Part shown: positions 52,503 through 64,000 of the stretch, one piece after another
Position numbering within the stretch: the stretch's first letter is position 1
How the letters are laid out: every line of letters starts with the position of its first letter
Position numbers and translations under genes: made by a program
The notes under the pieces: generated by a model
Databases searched by the model: none
What the model was told of the DNA's origin: nothing
The model's input: only the letters and a program-made list of their open reading frames with translations
Source: Podarcis gaigeae
Taxonomy: Eukaryota
NCBI GenBank assembly: GCA_964106915.2
Contig: OZ066920.1
DNA length: 64,000 bases
Reading direction: 5' to 3' (one strand)

Positions 52503-55500
52503 GTAAGCAGTTTACTTTACGTTGAATTACCTTGATGAATTTTAAAACCTGGTTAATCAAATTAGACACTTTATTGATTTGCTTCCCTACAGAGATTTGT
52601 TTATATATTACACAGGTTTCACAATGGAAGAGTAAATTGAGATTGTAGGAGATAGTACCTGTACAACAGAACAAGCCTAAATTAAATCTGTCTTAAAATC
52701 ATTTTAGTACGCTTATAGTGAAAACTAGCAAGGCTTTCTTAAATAAACCTGCCTCCTCCTCTAGGTACCTTTGCCTTTTATTACAGTGTATATTACCGGT
52801 ATATGCTGTGGACACAATCCAGCCAGTTAAGACCAAGTGCCACTAATTTAAGTAGAAAAGTTCAAAACATGCCTAGATCACTCACATGGAAACTGATGCG
52901 ACTTGGAAATTCCTAGCTTTCTAATTGGATTGTGTCCTATTTATATTATACTTTAGAGCTCATGGCATATTGCATTGTACTGCATACCCTTTTACACCAC
53001 TCATGTCATAGAGAATTTCCCCTTCCCTCCCGTTGCGGTCTTCCACAGCTCTTACTGACACAGCCAGGTATCAGTGGTACGGGTCAGCTTCGGTAAACTG
53101 TACTGGCAGGTTTTCTATCCAGATCTGTCACCTTCTTTCTCAACGGCAACTATGTTTTACAGCAAGCATTTTGTCTTAAGCTTTGGAACTTATTGTTATA
53201 GTGGTTACAATTTCCAATCTAACGTGGTCATGGAATCAAATAATAGTGTTTTTTCCTGGTGCAGTAGGCTGTGTATTTACTGGTCCCCTTGTGGGCAGAC
53301 TAGCTGCACTGGTCAATAAAACTACATTTTTAACTGTCAGAATTGCCTAAAGCTGTTCAGATAAAATTATAAACGAGCAATTCTGATCCATAAATCAAAG
53401 CCATACTTTAAAGGCCGGACAACTTGTGAAACTTAGATTTTATAACAGAAATGCTGTTTCCCAGGCAGCCTGATCCTATGAGGCCACTTTACCTGCAGTG
53501 GAGCAAACACAAGTTTGGCATGTACGGGGGGGGGGGGGCAGGGGAGAGATATACTACGCAGGGAACAGCACTGGTACAATAGCTCCAGCTACTGCCAGTG
53601 CTCAAAGGTCCTAATTGTGCCCATGACACCTTAGTGACCCATCTCATGTTCCTTAGTATCTTAGGAAATTATATCACTTTTCTCAGGACTCAAGTGTAGT
53701 TTCAAACTGCAACACTGGACACAGCTGTATATGTGTGTATACATATATTACTACTGGCTTCCATTTTTTTGCCTCCCCTTGGGATGACCAGATTCAAAGA
53801 TTTCTCTTAGTACTGAAGAGGGCATTTTTGGCAGATGCAGGTTCTCATAGAGTGAAAATGTGCATTTAGCAAAATATATTGTTCTACACCACTATTATCC
53901 TCATTTGTATATATACAATATATTTTGTATGTGTTTATACTTTCCTTCCTTCCTTCCCTCCGTAGTTGTTTAAAAAAAGAGATTTAAACAACAACCAAAT
54001 AAGGTGTCATAGCTTTCAGGTTTACAAGAATTGCTGTGTTTCACTTACACAAGATGTACCACCAATTGAATTTCATCTGTAAAAAGAAAGTATATCAGAG
54101 TATACATAGTATGTTTACATTGGAAGATCTTTCTTTTAAAAAAAGAAAAATTAATTATACACAGCAAAATATTAGTCTGAAAAAAGACTCAGTTTGCTTC
54201 TGAGATTGCGCTTCTGAGATTGATTGTACAGTAGAGTTGTTCTCAGGCAGGAGCAAATGAAAGAGAACTCACTGTGGAATATGTACATCAGGAATCTCAC
54301 TTGCAATGCAGCACCAGATGAAATATTTATCAAATGCATACTTACTGCTTTTAAAGACTTGACTGTCACTTTTAATTCACTGGTCTCATACAATGTAGGA
54401 AAAGTATTTGGTGCTTCCAGACAGGAGTCTCCCAAAACCACTCAACTGTTGTTTCCCCTCTATATATGCTATATGAAGAATTATAACTGACTAGGCAGGT
54501 GTGTTGGTGGCTAGCACTGGGTATGCACAATCAAAGGAAAATAAAGCACCAAACCAGAATATTGATGTAATATCTTTAGCAAAACTTACTGCTTTGGTCA
54601 CTTCTGACACTAGTAGCCTCTGGTGTTGGTTGTAGGACTCTTCACCAAGGTGGCTCTGAATGGCAAATAAGAAAGACTAAACATAGCCTGGAAGTTGCTG
54701 TTAAGAGCATTTTGGAAGTGGGGAGATAAGGTTGCCACAGAATCAATCAATATTCTGTAAGCTTTCTGCAGCTTGTATATTGGAGGGAAGATGAGACGGC
54801 TTCACTTAGACACGGCCAGAGAAAACTTTGATAATCAGTTTTTAAAACCCTTTCTCCCCACCCCCAGATATGCGCTAAAGGACTTCTTAAATCACACTGT
54901 AATAACCCAGCTCAGTAACATTAGGTAGAAGAAAAATATAAAAAGCAGCTGAAGAAAAACATATAATAAAATATTTAAACTAATTCACTTTTAATTAATG
55001 TACTTACTCTAAAAGACTATGTTTTCTCATGACACCAAAGGGAAGAACACACTCAGGTGATGTGATTTTCACCACACGAATAGGTTGCTAACATGCTTTC
55101 TGAGGCCATTGTTTTAGAACCCATTATAAAGTTGCTTTTGTAACTGTATCCTAGGAAACGGTGCTAATGGATACAGAACATGCCACTACAGAGGCTACAG
55201 TTTGTGGAGCACCTCTGAAATCATTCTGTCTGTAGGGATGTTTTGAGGTCTCCAGGATCCAGGCCTCCTGGATGTTATCTATAGCGTCTCTATCAGATCA
55301 TTATCAGTGTCATTGTGGCAAGCAAGTGAACACATAAATTATGGGGCATCAAGAAGCAGCTCGCTGGGTGGAGCAGAGCCACTACACTATGTAGCTTCCT
55401 GGCAGACGGGTCACGGTTGCTTACTGGGACAGAGAGGGCAAAGGGGCACAGTGGTCTGCATCGTGCAAATGCACCATTGAAGCCAGATACCATGCCAACC

Positions 55501-56649
55501 TCACCACCACTCTCACAGGCACCAATACCCATAGCACTGACTCACCCCTTCCCTCCTGGTAAGCAACAGTAGCCCACTTGCCAGGAAGCAACTGTAGCGC
55601 CTTTGGCCCACCCAGCAAATTGCTTCCAGAGGGATCCCTTTGCATCTGGGATCCCTTCTGCGGCATTTGTGGGCACTGTAGTCTCCTAAACACCCCCAGT
55701 GGTGCCCACCATGCCTGCCCCACCACTCCTGATTTTTATTTCTATTTCCACAGAATGTATCCAGCCTCAAGTGAGCCCAAAGGCATTCTTCCTAGGAAGG
55801 GAAAGAAAGAGGCTGGGGCTACTGGAAGCCCTTTTGTCCTTGGGGCATGTAGGTGTTTGGCCTGTGTGAACATTCCCAGCTTTTCTTCAGTGCTATGGGT
55901 ATTGGTGCCTGTGAGAGTTTCCTTGATTTCCATATCTTCTTTATGCTGCTTCATCTTGGCATCTGTAGAACTGGACAGTAGTGAAAGAGAAGCCATAAGC
56001 ATAATTGGATGAATGCTTTGATGTTCTCATAGGTCTAAGGAAAATGTTATATTGGAACTATGGATCTTGGAGACATGATCAAATAAAGAATCAGATGTGA
56101 GATTTTGGATGAGTGGGGAGGTGCATCCTTCCTATATCTTTTTTCCCATTTCTAAGAGGAAAAGCAATATCTGGCTGCATCAGTTGATTTATTTTGTAGA
56201 ATAGTTAAACAAATCATAAATGCTGGTCTCCATAAGAAATGGCCTAGCCAGAACTATGAAGACAGCTGCAGGCTTAGTGTGTATGTTGTGCATGGTAGCT
56301 CTGCAAGGAAAAGTTATTGCTTTGCCTGGTTTGATTTTTTTAATATATGCTAACCAAGGTTATTGTTATCGTCTATACTTACTGTTGGATACACAACATC
56401 CCTCAAGTATTTCTATTAACAGAAATAATTGCACTTTTCTTGGAACAGCAGTACTCAGTGTGGTCGTCCACAGACTGGTGCTGGTCCATGAGCCATAGGA
56501 TGCAGTCCCCTGCAGCTCCACCACAGCCCAGGTTGGGTGGGATACTTCAGGAACTAAATATGGTACCTTGACTTAGAACATTGAGGGAGGGAATGCAGTT
56601 CCACCATATCAGCTAGCTTGAGAAGCACTGTCTTAGAAGTACAGAGCAC

Positions 56650-56820
56650 ATATAGAAACATATGAAGCCAGATGATTAGTCAATTTAGCTCTGTACTGTC
56701 TTCTGCGACACACAGTGGTTCTCCAGGGTTTCAGACAGCAATCTTACGCCTACCTGTAGAGGCCAGTGACTGAACTTAGGACCTTCTGCAATCAAATCTA
56801 CTGAGATATGGCCCCTCCCA
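56650..56820 (-). mobile_element. Second tRNA-derived SINE family (older)
   Basis: Shares ctccagggtttcagacag...cctacctg...aggaccttctgca...ctgagatatggcccctccc with the copy at 60598-60755; weaker copies near 22245-22370 and 28085-28190. Confidence 0.65.
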
Positions 56821-59135
56821 ATCTTAGTCATGGAACCAGAGGAAGAAGCATGGTGCTGCTTCCAGTTTTAAATGACATATTGGAAGGGGAGAAAGATTCA
56901 AAGGAATTGAGATTTTTGTGTGCAATACAACATCACATGCACATGCATGGTACTTTTAAATGATTGTATTTTTCATAGGATATCTGGAAACAAAGGAAAA
57001 GGAGACTGAAGGGTGCAAGCAAATATATCTTATTTTGAACAAGTGTTTTTATCTCATTTGTGTTCTGCAAGTTAAGTGAAAATGCTAAATGCAGAAAAAA
57101 GCTTCTTTGCTGACTCACCCATTGTTCTCAAACACAGGGCCTGCACAAAACATGCATTTAAAATAAACGAGTATTATCTGCGACATATAGCAAAATTGGG
57201 TGGTTCAGAGTAGCAGCAAAAGCTTTGCATTGTTGACTGTGACTTTATCACTATAAATACTCTCATTATACTTTAAATTGAGTTTGGAATCTGCTTAACA
57301 CTGGAGTTTTTACACATCAGTCAAATGAAAAGCAGAGACTGCTGTTTATATTGTAGTCAGATTATGTAATATTTACGGCAATGTTTTTGTTCAGTCCTTT
57401 TTTAAAAATATCAGGCTGAATTTTAATGAACAGTGTTGCTTCACTTGTTAGAAATAAACCTGCAAGAGATAAAGAATATATAGATTTCTTATATTTCTGG
57501 TTGTGGAGTTCTTCCAAAAATTTCCCTAACACTAAGGCAATGATGTATTACTTTTACTTGCATTATATGTTTTTAATCAGAGCGAGACTTCACCCTAGAC
57601 AAAGCGATGCTTTCTGCATGGTCTCACTTGTTTTTGCTAAAATCTTTTGACATGATTAATTTTACTTTAATGCTTTTGTCTTGTTGTACTGGTTAAGAAG
57701 ATGAGGATGAACCAGGGCTAAAACACATGCTGTTCTATCCTGATATCACTGAGTTGTTTTTTTTAAAAAAAAAAATCTTAATGGGCTTAAAAAAATGAAT
57801 CCAATTGGAATTAGATTTCTTGCTAGTATGCAATTTCTTGCATACTGTTGAAAAGAAGATGTCATTACTGGTTGTTAGTTTTATTACTGGTGTTTCTTTA
57901 ATAACATCACCTGTATAATATAATTAGTGGCTACAAAGGAGATTGAATTTTACACCAAGACTCTAGCCACATTTGCCAAGGAATGAACTAAGCCAACATT
58001 CTCATTCATCAAGCTCCCAGTCACCCAGGTTTTCCCTCATACTGCCATCATCCCACAGGCAAAAGGATATTGCCACATCCTTGCTGGTGCAATGTCATGC
58101 TTCCCTAATGCAAGATTGGGGAGCAATCTAATTCTGTGCAGTGGGGGGAAATGGACTCTTGCTAGTTTTATCCCAAGCAGCGTAGATTCTTTTGAAGTGC
58201 ATGTTGAGATTGCATGGAGACACCTGAATAGGGTTTAGAAGGTGTTGTTTATCAAGTCAGTTAATCTTTTGTTAATTTATTGGGAGGAAGATGGCCACCG
58301 AATGCTTGAAGCAGGGTTTTGAGCTCTAAGGCCAACTCTAAGGCAGGTTTCTGCTCTATAACCAACCCTTAGCACTTGTTTTCATCCCCTCTTCCATTTT
58401 ACTTCTTAACTCCTTTTATTGCTTCATTTTGTTGTTTTAATTTATTGTTTTATCTCATTGTTTTATTGTTCTAACTCCCCTAAACTGTGAGGCTGCATGA
58501 AGCTGGGCTGGACTGAACACTTTGGTAGGCGGTGCCAAACGCAAGGTCGAGCCAAAGCTTACAAAATACTAGTATTAAATTAAGGAAGAGAAACATCTTG
58601 ATTAATGATTTACAGGCAATTCCCCATTTACACGGGTTTGAGACACGTGCATCGCCATCAATCTGGAAGTGGCACTTAAAGGGGCAAAAATGCCCTCCCC
58701 CCAAAAAAGAGTGAATGTGGCATGAAAACAGCATCTAACAATCCCACAAGCTTTTGCAACTGCAATCCCAGGACTGCTGCTGATTTTTTAAAAGGGTTTT
58801 TCAAGAGTTTCCAGAAGTTTATAGGGTTCAGTGGTGGTCCCAACATATATGATTTCACATAAATGTGTGATGCCTCGGAATGTAACCCCCTGCATGCATG
58901 AGGAGTAGCCTGTACATTTCTTGCCCATCCCCCAGAGGGATAGTTTGCATTATAGCATATATGGAAACAGCATGTAAATTTATACATTTAAAATTACACA
59001 TTATAAAATAGGCAAGGATCACATGAATTATATAAACCCAACACCCCTCCTTCATTTCCTTTCAGTCATCTAGATGAGACAAGGGTTTAAAATATGCATT
59101 TGATTTTTAAAAAATAAATGCATAAATGCATTATA

Positions 59136-59375
59136 CAGTGGTACCTCGGGTTACATACGCTTCAGGTTACATACACTTCAGGTTACAGACTCCGCTAATC
59201 CAGAAATAGTACCTCGGGTTAAGAACTTTGCTTCAGGATGAGACAGAAATCGTGTGGCAGCGGCACGGCAGCAGCGGGAGGCCCCATTAGCTAAAGTGGT
59301 CTTCAGGTTAAGAACAGTTTCAGGTTAAGAACGGACCTCCGGAACGAATTAAGTACTTAACCCAAGGTACCACTG
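59136..59375. mobile_element. Tigger/pogo-type MITE, related to 4125-4377 in opposite orientation
   Basis: TA|cagtggtacctcgggtta ... taacccaaggtaccactg|TA; repeated cttcaggtta / ggttaagaac subterminal motifs. Confidence 0.9.
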
Positions 59376-60099
59376 TAATACTACCTCTTTAAAGAGAGTA
59401 TTTAAATTGGGGTTGCTGGTTTGTCGCTCCTTGCCGCTTTTCTGTCATGCGGGTGCGTTTTTCAGCTCCTGAATACTTTGCCATTTCTGTTCCTGAACAT
59501 GAGACAGAGCCAATGAATCCTTTAGGCATTTGCTCAAAATTAGTGTTAAAAAGGCACAGCAAATTGCTTTGATTAGTCATAGAATAATAGGGACAAAGGA
59601 GGAAATTGGGGTGAATAATCTCTTGATATGTCCCCATTATACTGTTTGAAGATTGACAGTTTTCATTTATCATAGTTGTGCACAAACTATACACATTTTG
59701 ACACCCAAATTTAATTTGATGAACAATTCTCAGTGGCCCCAATAAATTCTCTGCATCTCACTTTATTCACTCAGCAGTTGCAAGCACCAGGGCTTCTGAT
59801 TCAGTGCTGTGTTAAGGTTGGTCTCAGCCCTGCATTGTAAAGCTTGAGCAAGCACTGGCACATTACTAAAGCAGCAGCCTCAACACTGTGTGCTAGACAG
59901 CTTTAATGAAGGCTTTGGATATCTGAAGAACTAATGACTCCCCTAGAACATGCAATTGTTGTACTTAGAAATGCAGTATTTACATCAGTCTGTCTTTGTG
60001 TAACTGTTGTTTTTAAAAGCTTATCCACCATGTCTGCCTCAGAAAGTATCAAAAACAGCTCACATTGTAATAAAAATGCATAGACAATGGCAAAACAAA

Positions 60100-60755
60100 T
60101 AGGAACTTAGACAGCTGCCTGTTACCAGGGCCATTGGTTTCATTTAATATTTGTATGACACTTTTCCAGCAACAAAGTTTAGCTCAAAGCAGTTCATAAC
60201 AATACCAAACCATTAACAAATGAAAGCAACAAAATAATATCAAAAAAGACACAAAAGCATATCATGGCCAGCAATAATAATAATAAACGTGTTAGCACAT
60301 TTCCAAATAGTATGGTTTCAAATTGGATGGGAGTCCGCGTGTTGAGATTTTTGCATTGCAGGGGGTTGGACTAGATGACCCTCAGGGTCCCTTCAACCTC
60401 TGCAGTTCTATGATTCTATGGCTCATTGTGCAGAAACACAATTCAGTAAAAAAATGATGAGGTCTAATATAAGCCCTTTCTAATTGAAAAATAACAAAAA
60501 TGCCTATTAAGCACCAGCCCAGAGCCAGTTGACATAATCCCCCCGTAAAGAGGCAGCTTCTTTTGAAGTTTCAGGCACTGACCTAAATGAGCATAATGTC
60601 CATCTATCTTAGTATTGTCTACACTGGCTGACAGCAGCTCTCCAGGGTTTCAGACAGTGGATATTTCCAGCCTTACCTAGACATGTCAGGCATCAAACCT
60701 ATGAGCTTTTGGGCAGGAAATATGTGCCCTACCTCTGAGCTATGGCCTCTCCCTG
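60100..60755 (-). mobile_element. Second-family tRNA SINE split by a ~455-bp insertion (60141-60597)
   Basis: Tail part taggaac...agctgcct...ccattggt (60100-60140) resumes at ccatcta...gtattgtctacactggctgacagcagctctccagggtttcagacag...tgagctatggcctctccc (60598-60755). Confidence 0.6.
60345..60420 (+). mobile_element. 3' half of tRNA-Lys/CR1-tail SINE
   Basis: gcattgcagggggttggactagatgaccctcagggtcccttc...ttctatgattctatg. Confidence 0.75.
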
Positions 60756-61593
60756 GAATAAAATATTGATAAAATAAATAAAAGTACAAAAAAGAGACAG
60801 AAGCATAGAGCCTGATTACCCCCCATTCTTTCTCACCATCCTTTATTGAGGGCGCCAAGTCTGCCTTGCGTTCCTTTTAACCTGGTCCAACAAACCAGAA
60901 AGCCAAAAGACAAATATAGCTAAAATTAGATGAAGGGATCAAATTACAATAAAAGTGCAAATGTAAGATTGATTAGAAAATCAAGCCAATTTTCAAAACT
61001 CATGGGCTTACATTTCACATAAAAATGGCAGGGGTGTTTCTGAAAGAAAAGAGGGCAGCAAGAGCGTGTGTGTTATGGTGGAGTTTAGTTATACAATGCC
61101 TGTGGCAAGCATGATGTATGGCTGCATTCCTATTAATGATGCATGGCTGCATATCTAAGAATGAGAGAGAAAAGTTCTAAGGAAGAATGGAAATCCAGCA
61201 GATTGTCACTACATCAGTGGCATTTGTGATTGAAATTTTATGTTTCCCATTTGAAATATCTTTCAATAACAATCAGAGCTTTCTCTAAATGTGTTTTGTT
61301 GGTTGATAATATTAATGGATGCTGTTTTTATACCTCTGTTATTTAGCTGAACATGTTTTAATATCTTGGATTGGGGTTTCCTCATGTTCTGATTTCCTTG
61401 CACGAACAAAACTTCCCAAGATATATGTGCTGTGTTAATTTTCTGTGACCATTTCCTCTCATTGCTTTTTTCAGGAAAGGAAGAGGCAAACTGTCTTTCC
61501 TTGTTTGGAAAACTCTGTTCATTTGCAGTACACACAAAAAAGCAATTACTAGAGTAATGGAATGGCCTATGCTGCTAGGTCAAATTGAAGGCT

Positions 61594-62357
61594 TGTTATT
61601 GTTGTTGTTTAGTCATTTAGTCGTGTCTGACTCTTTGTGACCCCATGGACACCAGGCACTCCTGTCTTCCACTGCCTCCCACAGTTTGGTCAAACTCATG
61701 CTGGTAGCTTCAAGAACACTGTCCAACCATCTCGTCCTCTGTCATCCCCTTCTCCTTGTGCCCTCAAACTTTCCCAACATCAGGGTCTTTTCCAGGGAGT
61801 CTTCTCTTCTCATGAGGTGGCCAAAGTATTGGAGCCTCAGCTTCAGGATCTGTCCTTCCAGTGAGCACTCAGGGCTGATTTCCTCAAGAATGGATAGGTT
61901 TGATCTTCTTGCAGTCCATGGGACTCTCAAGAGTCTCCTCCAGCACCATAACTCAAAAGCATCAATTCTTCGGCAATCAGCCTTCTTTATGGTCCAGCTC
62001 TCACTTCCATACATCACTACTGGGAAAACCATAGCTTTAACTATACGGGCCTTTGCTGGCAAAGTGATGTCTCTGCTGTTTTTTTGAGAGCCAGTGTGGT
62101 GTAGTGGTGAAGAGCAGTAGACTCGTAATCTGGGGAACCGGGTTCGCGTCTCCGCTCCTCCACATGCAGCTGCTGGGTGACCTTGGGCTAGTCACACTTC
62201 TTTGAAGTCTCTCAGCCCCACTCACCTCACAGAGTGTTTGTTGTGGGGGAGGAAGGGAAAGGAGAATGTTAGCCGCTTTGAGACTCCTTAAAGGGCGTGA
62301 AAGGCGGGATATCAAATCCAAACTCTTCTTCTACTCTTCTTCTTCTTTTTAGGATGC
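61594..62357 (-). mobile_element. 5'-truncated BovB (RTE-clade) LINE interrupted by a SINE
   Basis: ORF 61742-62062 IVKAMVFPVVMYGSESWTIKKADCRRIDAFELWCWRRLLRVPWTARRSNLSIL...LKLRLQYFGHLMRREDSLEKTLMLGK is typical BovB C-terminus. (CAA)n tail; TSD tgaaggct at 61586-61593 and 62358-62365. Confidence 0.93.
62086..62346 (+). mobile_element. tRNA-derived CORE SINE with L2-type tail (Squam3-like), full length
   Basis: A-box tggtgtagtgg, B-box ggttcgcgtc, CORE-like tgggtgaccttgggctagtcac, tail agccgctttgag...gaaaggcgggatatc + (CTT)n. Family name is from recall. Confidence 0.85.
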
Positions 62358-64000
62358 TGAAGGCTAGTGTGCTTATTAATGAGCAAATTCATTGGCAGGG
62401 ACTGAATGGGGAAGTGGAACCAGGTGTCCTTCTTGGAGAGCATTGCAAGATGGTAGCAGAGACTTGGGAGTCACATGGTTGCTAGATAGGTAAGACATGA
62501 TGTCAGCAGCGCTCTTCTACCCTCAGTTATTCCCTGGATATATCCAAGAGCAGATGAAGATACTCCAAACACAAACTAATGCAGTTTTTGTTATGGGCTG
62601 TTCCACTTGTTCAATATCTTCTGTGTACCCTGTTACAATGCACCTATTTAGCACTTACGTCATAATGCTCAGCCTTTGGTCATCTTGTAGCTTCATTTCT
62701 TTCTGATTTTCCCAGCTTTCTGTGTTCCTTAACAGAATCTCTGCATGCTTTCTAGCACATGCAAATAAAAGTCACCTTTACACCTCAAAAACTCTAAAGT
62801 TCAAGATATTCTTTAAAAATTGCTCTTCGTGAAATCAGAAAACTGCCCATTTTCTGTGGATAGATTTGATATTTTAGTATTCCAGGTGTGGAATACCAAG
62901 GCAGAATAGGGTGGTACAGAACAGAGTGATATGTGTACAGAGATTTAACACATCTTGGTAATTACAGTTGTTTCTTCCTTATAATACCATATCTGAAATC
63001 CCTGTAGGGACTCTTCTACATAAAGGGAATCCTGATTGGCTGAGGATTTCTCTTTATATGGAGAAGTCCTATACATGTTTACCCTACATGCATAGGGGCT
63101 GTTCTCACTGAAGCTGAGCATACACCACCAGGATCATGGCTTACTGGCATGATCTCACTCAACTCTCATGTGTTCAGTGAACATGTAATGGGACTAATGT
63201 AGACTAAGGCTTCATACAGACCAAATGAATGAAACACTTATCTGCTGCTGTCTAGTTTTACCTTAAAAGATTGTGACCAGGATCATTGTGGAGAAATGAC
63301 CAAGAGTGAGTCAAAGCCAGTGAACAAATCTAGTACAGTATAATGTAAGAAAATGAGTCAGTGATTCAGTGCTGGGAAGGCAAGTTAAACTGCTGAAAGG
63401 ATTGATGCAAGCAAGGCAGGGTCAAAACTAGGTGATATCCTAGCTGCAAATGGGCTGATAAAGCTAAGCGGGAAAAATCGGCATATAGAGGAGTATATCC
63501 GGAGGAGTAGTTAGTAGTAGTATAACAACTATATTTTGCTGTTTCCTGTTGAGGAATTTCCAGCATAATGTAAATACCATAGCAGCCACCTGGGATTGCT
63601 ATCTTTTTCTGGCAGGGCTCTTGAGTCTTTAATAGCTGCATGACAGGGAAAAATTGTACCAGAGAAACATTTCTGAGCATGGAAGTGCAATGAAGCGGAA
63701 ATTGTCACCTGTTGAATTTCTGCTTGTCATACTGCAGTTAAAGGTAGGAATTCCTGCCATAAATAAACTTGGGAACCATATTCTTTTGAGAAGCAAACTG
63801 CACAGGATGCAAGATTGGAAATACATTATGTATGGGGTAGCATTTTTGTAAGTCATCACTATCTCACTTTAAAATAAATCCAGAGGGATAGCATGCCAAT
63901 CTCTTGCAGTAAAAACAATCAATGTGTCTTGTGGCACCTTAAATTTATGTCATAAATGCATTATAACACACATTTTCAAGGACCCAAACCCATGTTGTTA

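Noticed and set aside
52503-64000. Next KLHL14 exon (expected IMPYNSAHHCVVEV...)
   Set aside because: Not found by eye or in the ORF track; presumably downstream of the window.
1-64000. CRISPR arrays, operons or other prokaryotic/viral systems
   Set aside because: The sequence is a spliced vertebrate locus; no regularly spaced repeat-spacer arrays or viral ORFs were seen.

Overview
Vertebrate genomic DNA, most likely from a squamate reptile and probably a lacertid lizard. That taxon call is inferred from the repeats: BovB/RTE, a Squam3-type tRNA-CORE SINE, tRNA-Lys/CR1-tail SINEs, L1, L2, and many hAT and Tigger/pogo MITEs. The only host gene is the 5' part of KLHL14 (kelch-like 14, BTB-BACK-Kelch) on the + strand. 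It has a probable non-coding first exon ending at 32422, a CpG island, a large first coding exon (ATG 34152, donor after 35122) and a 122-bp second coding exon (52381-52502); later kelch exons were not found in the window. The rest is ~31 kb of upstream DNA and intron containing TEs (several with TSDs readable by eye), microsatellites and repeat-free motif-dense blocks that look like conserved enhancers. Five N-blocks fall in the promoter, in the CDS and just before exon 3, and the two in the CDS keep the reading frame. I found no convincing previously undescribed biological system. The best leads are the frame-exact N-blocks, a perfect 32-bp inverted local copy, PBX-HOX/MEIS enhancer candidates, a 5S-derived SINE family, nested TE insertions and a His/Gln insert in the BTB domain. 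All family and orthologue assignments are from recall, not database searches.
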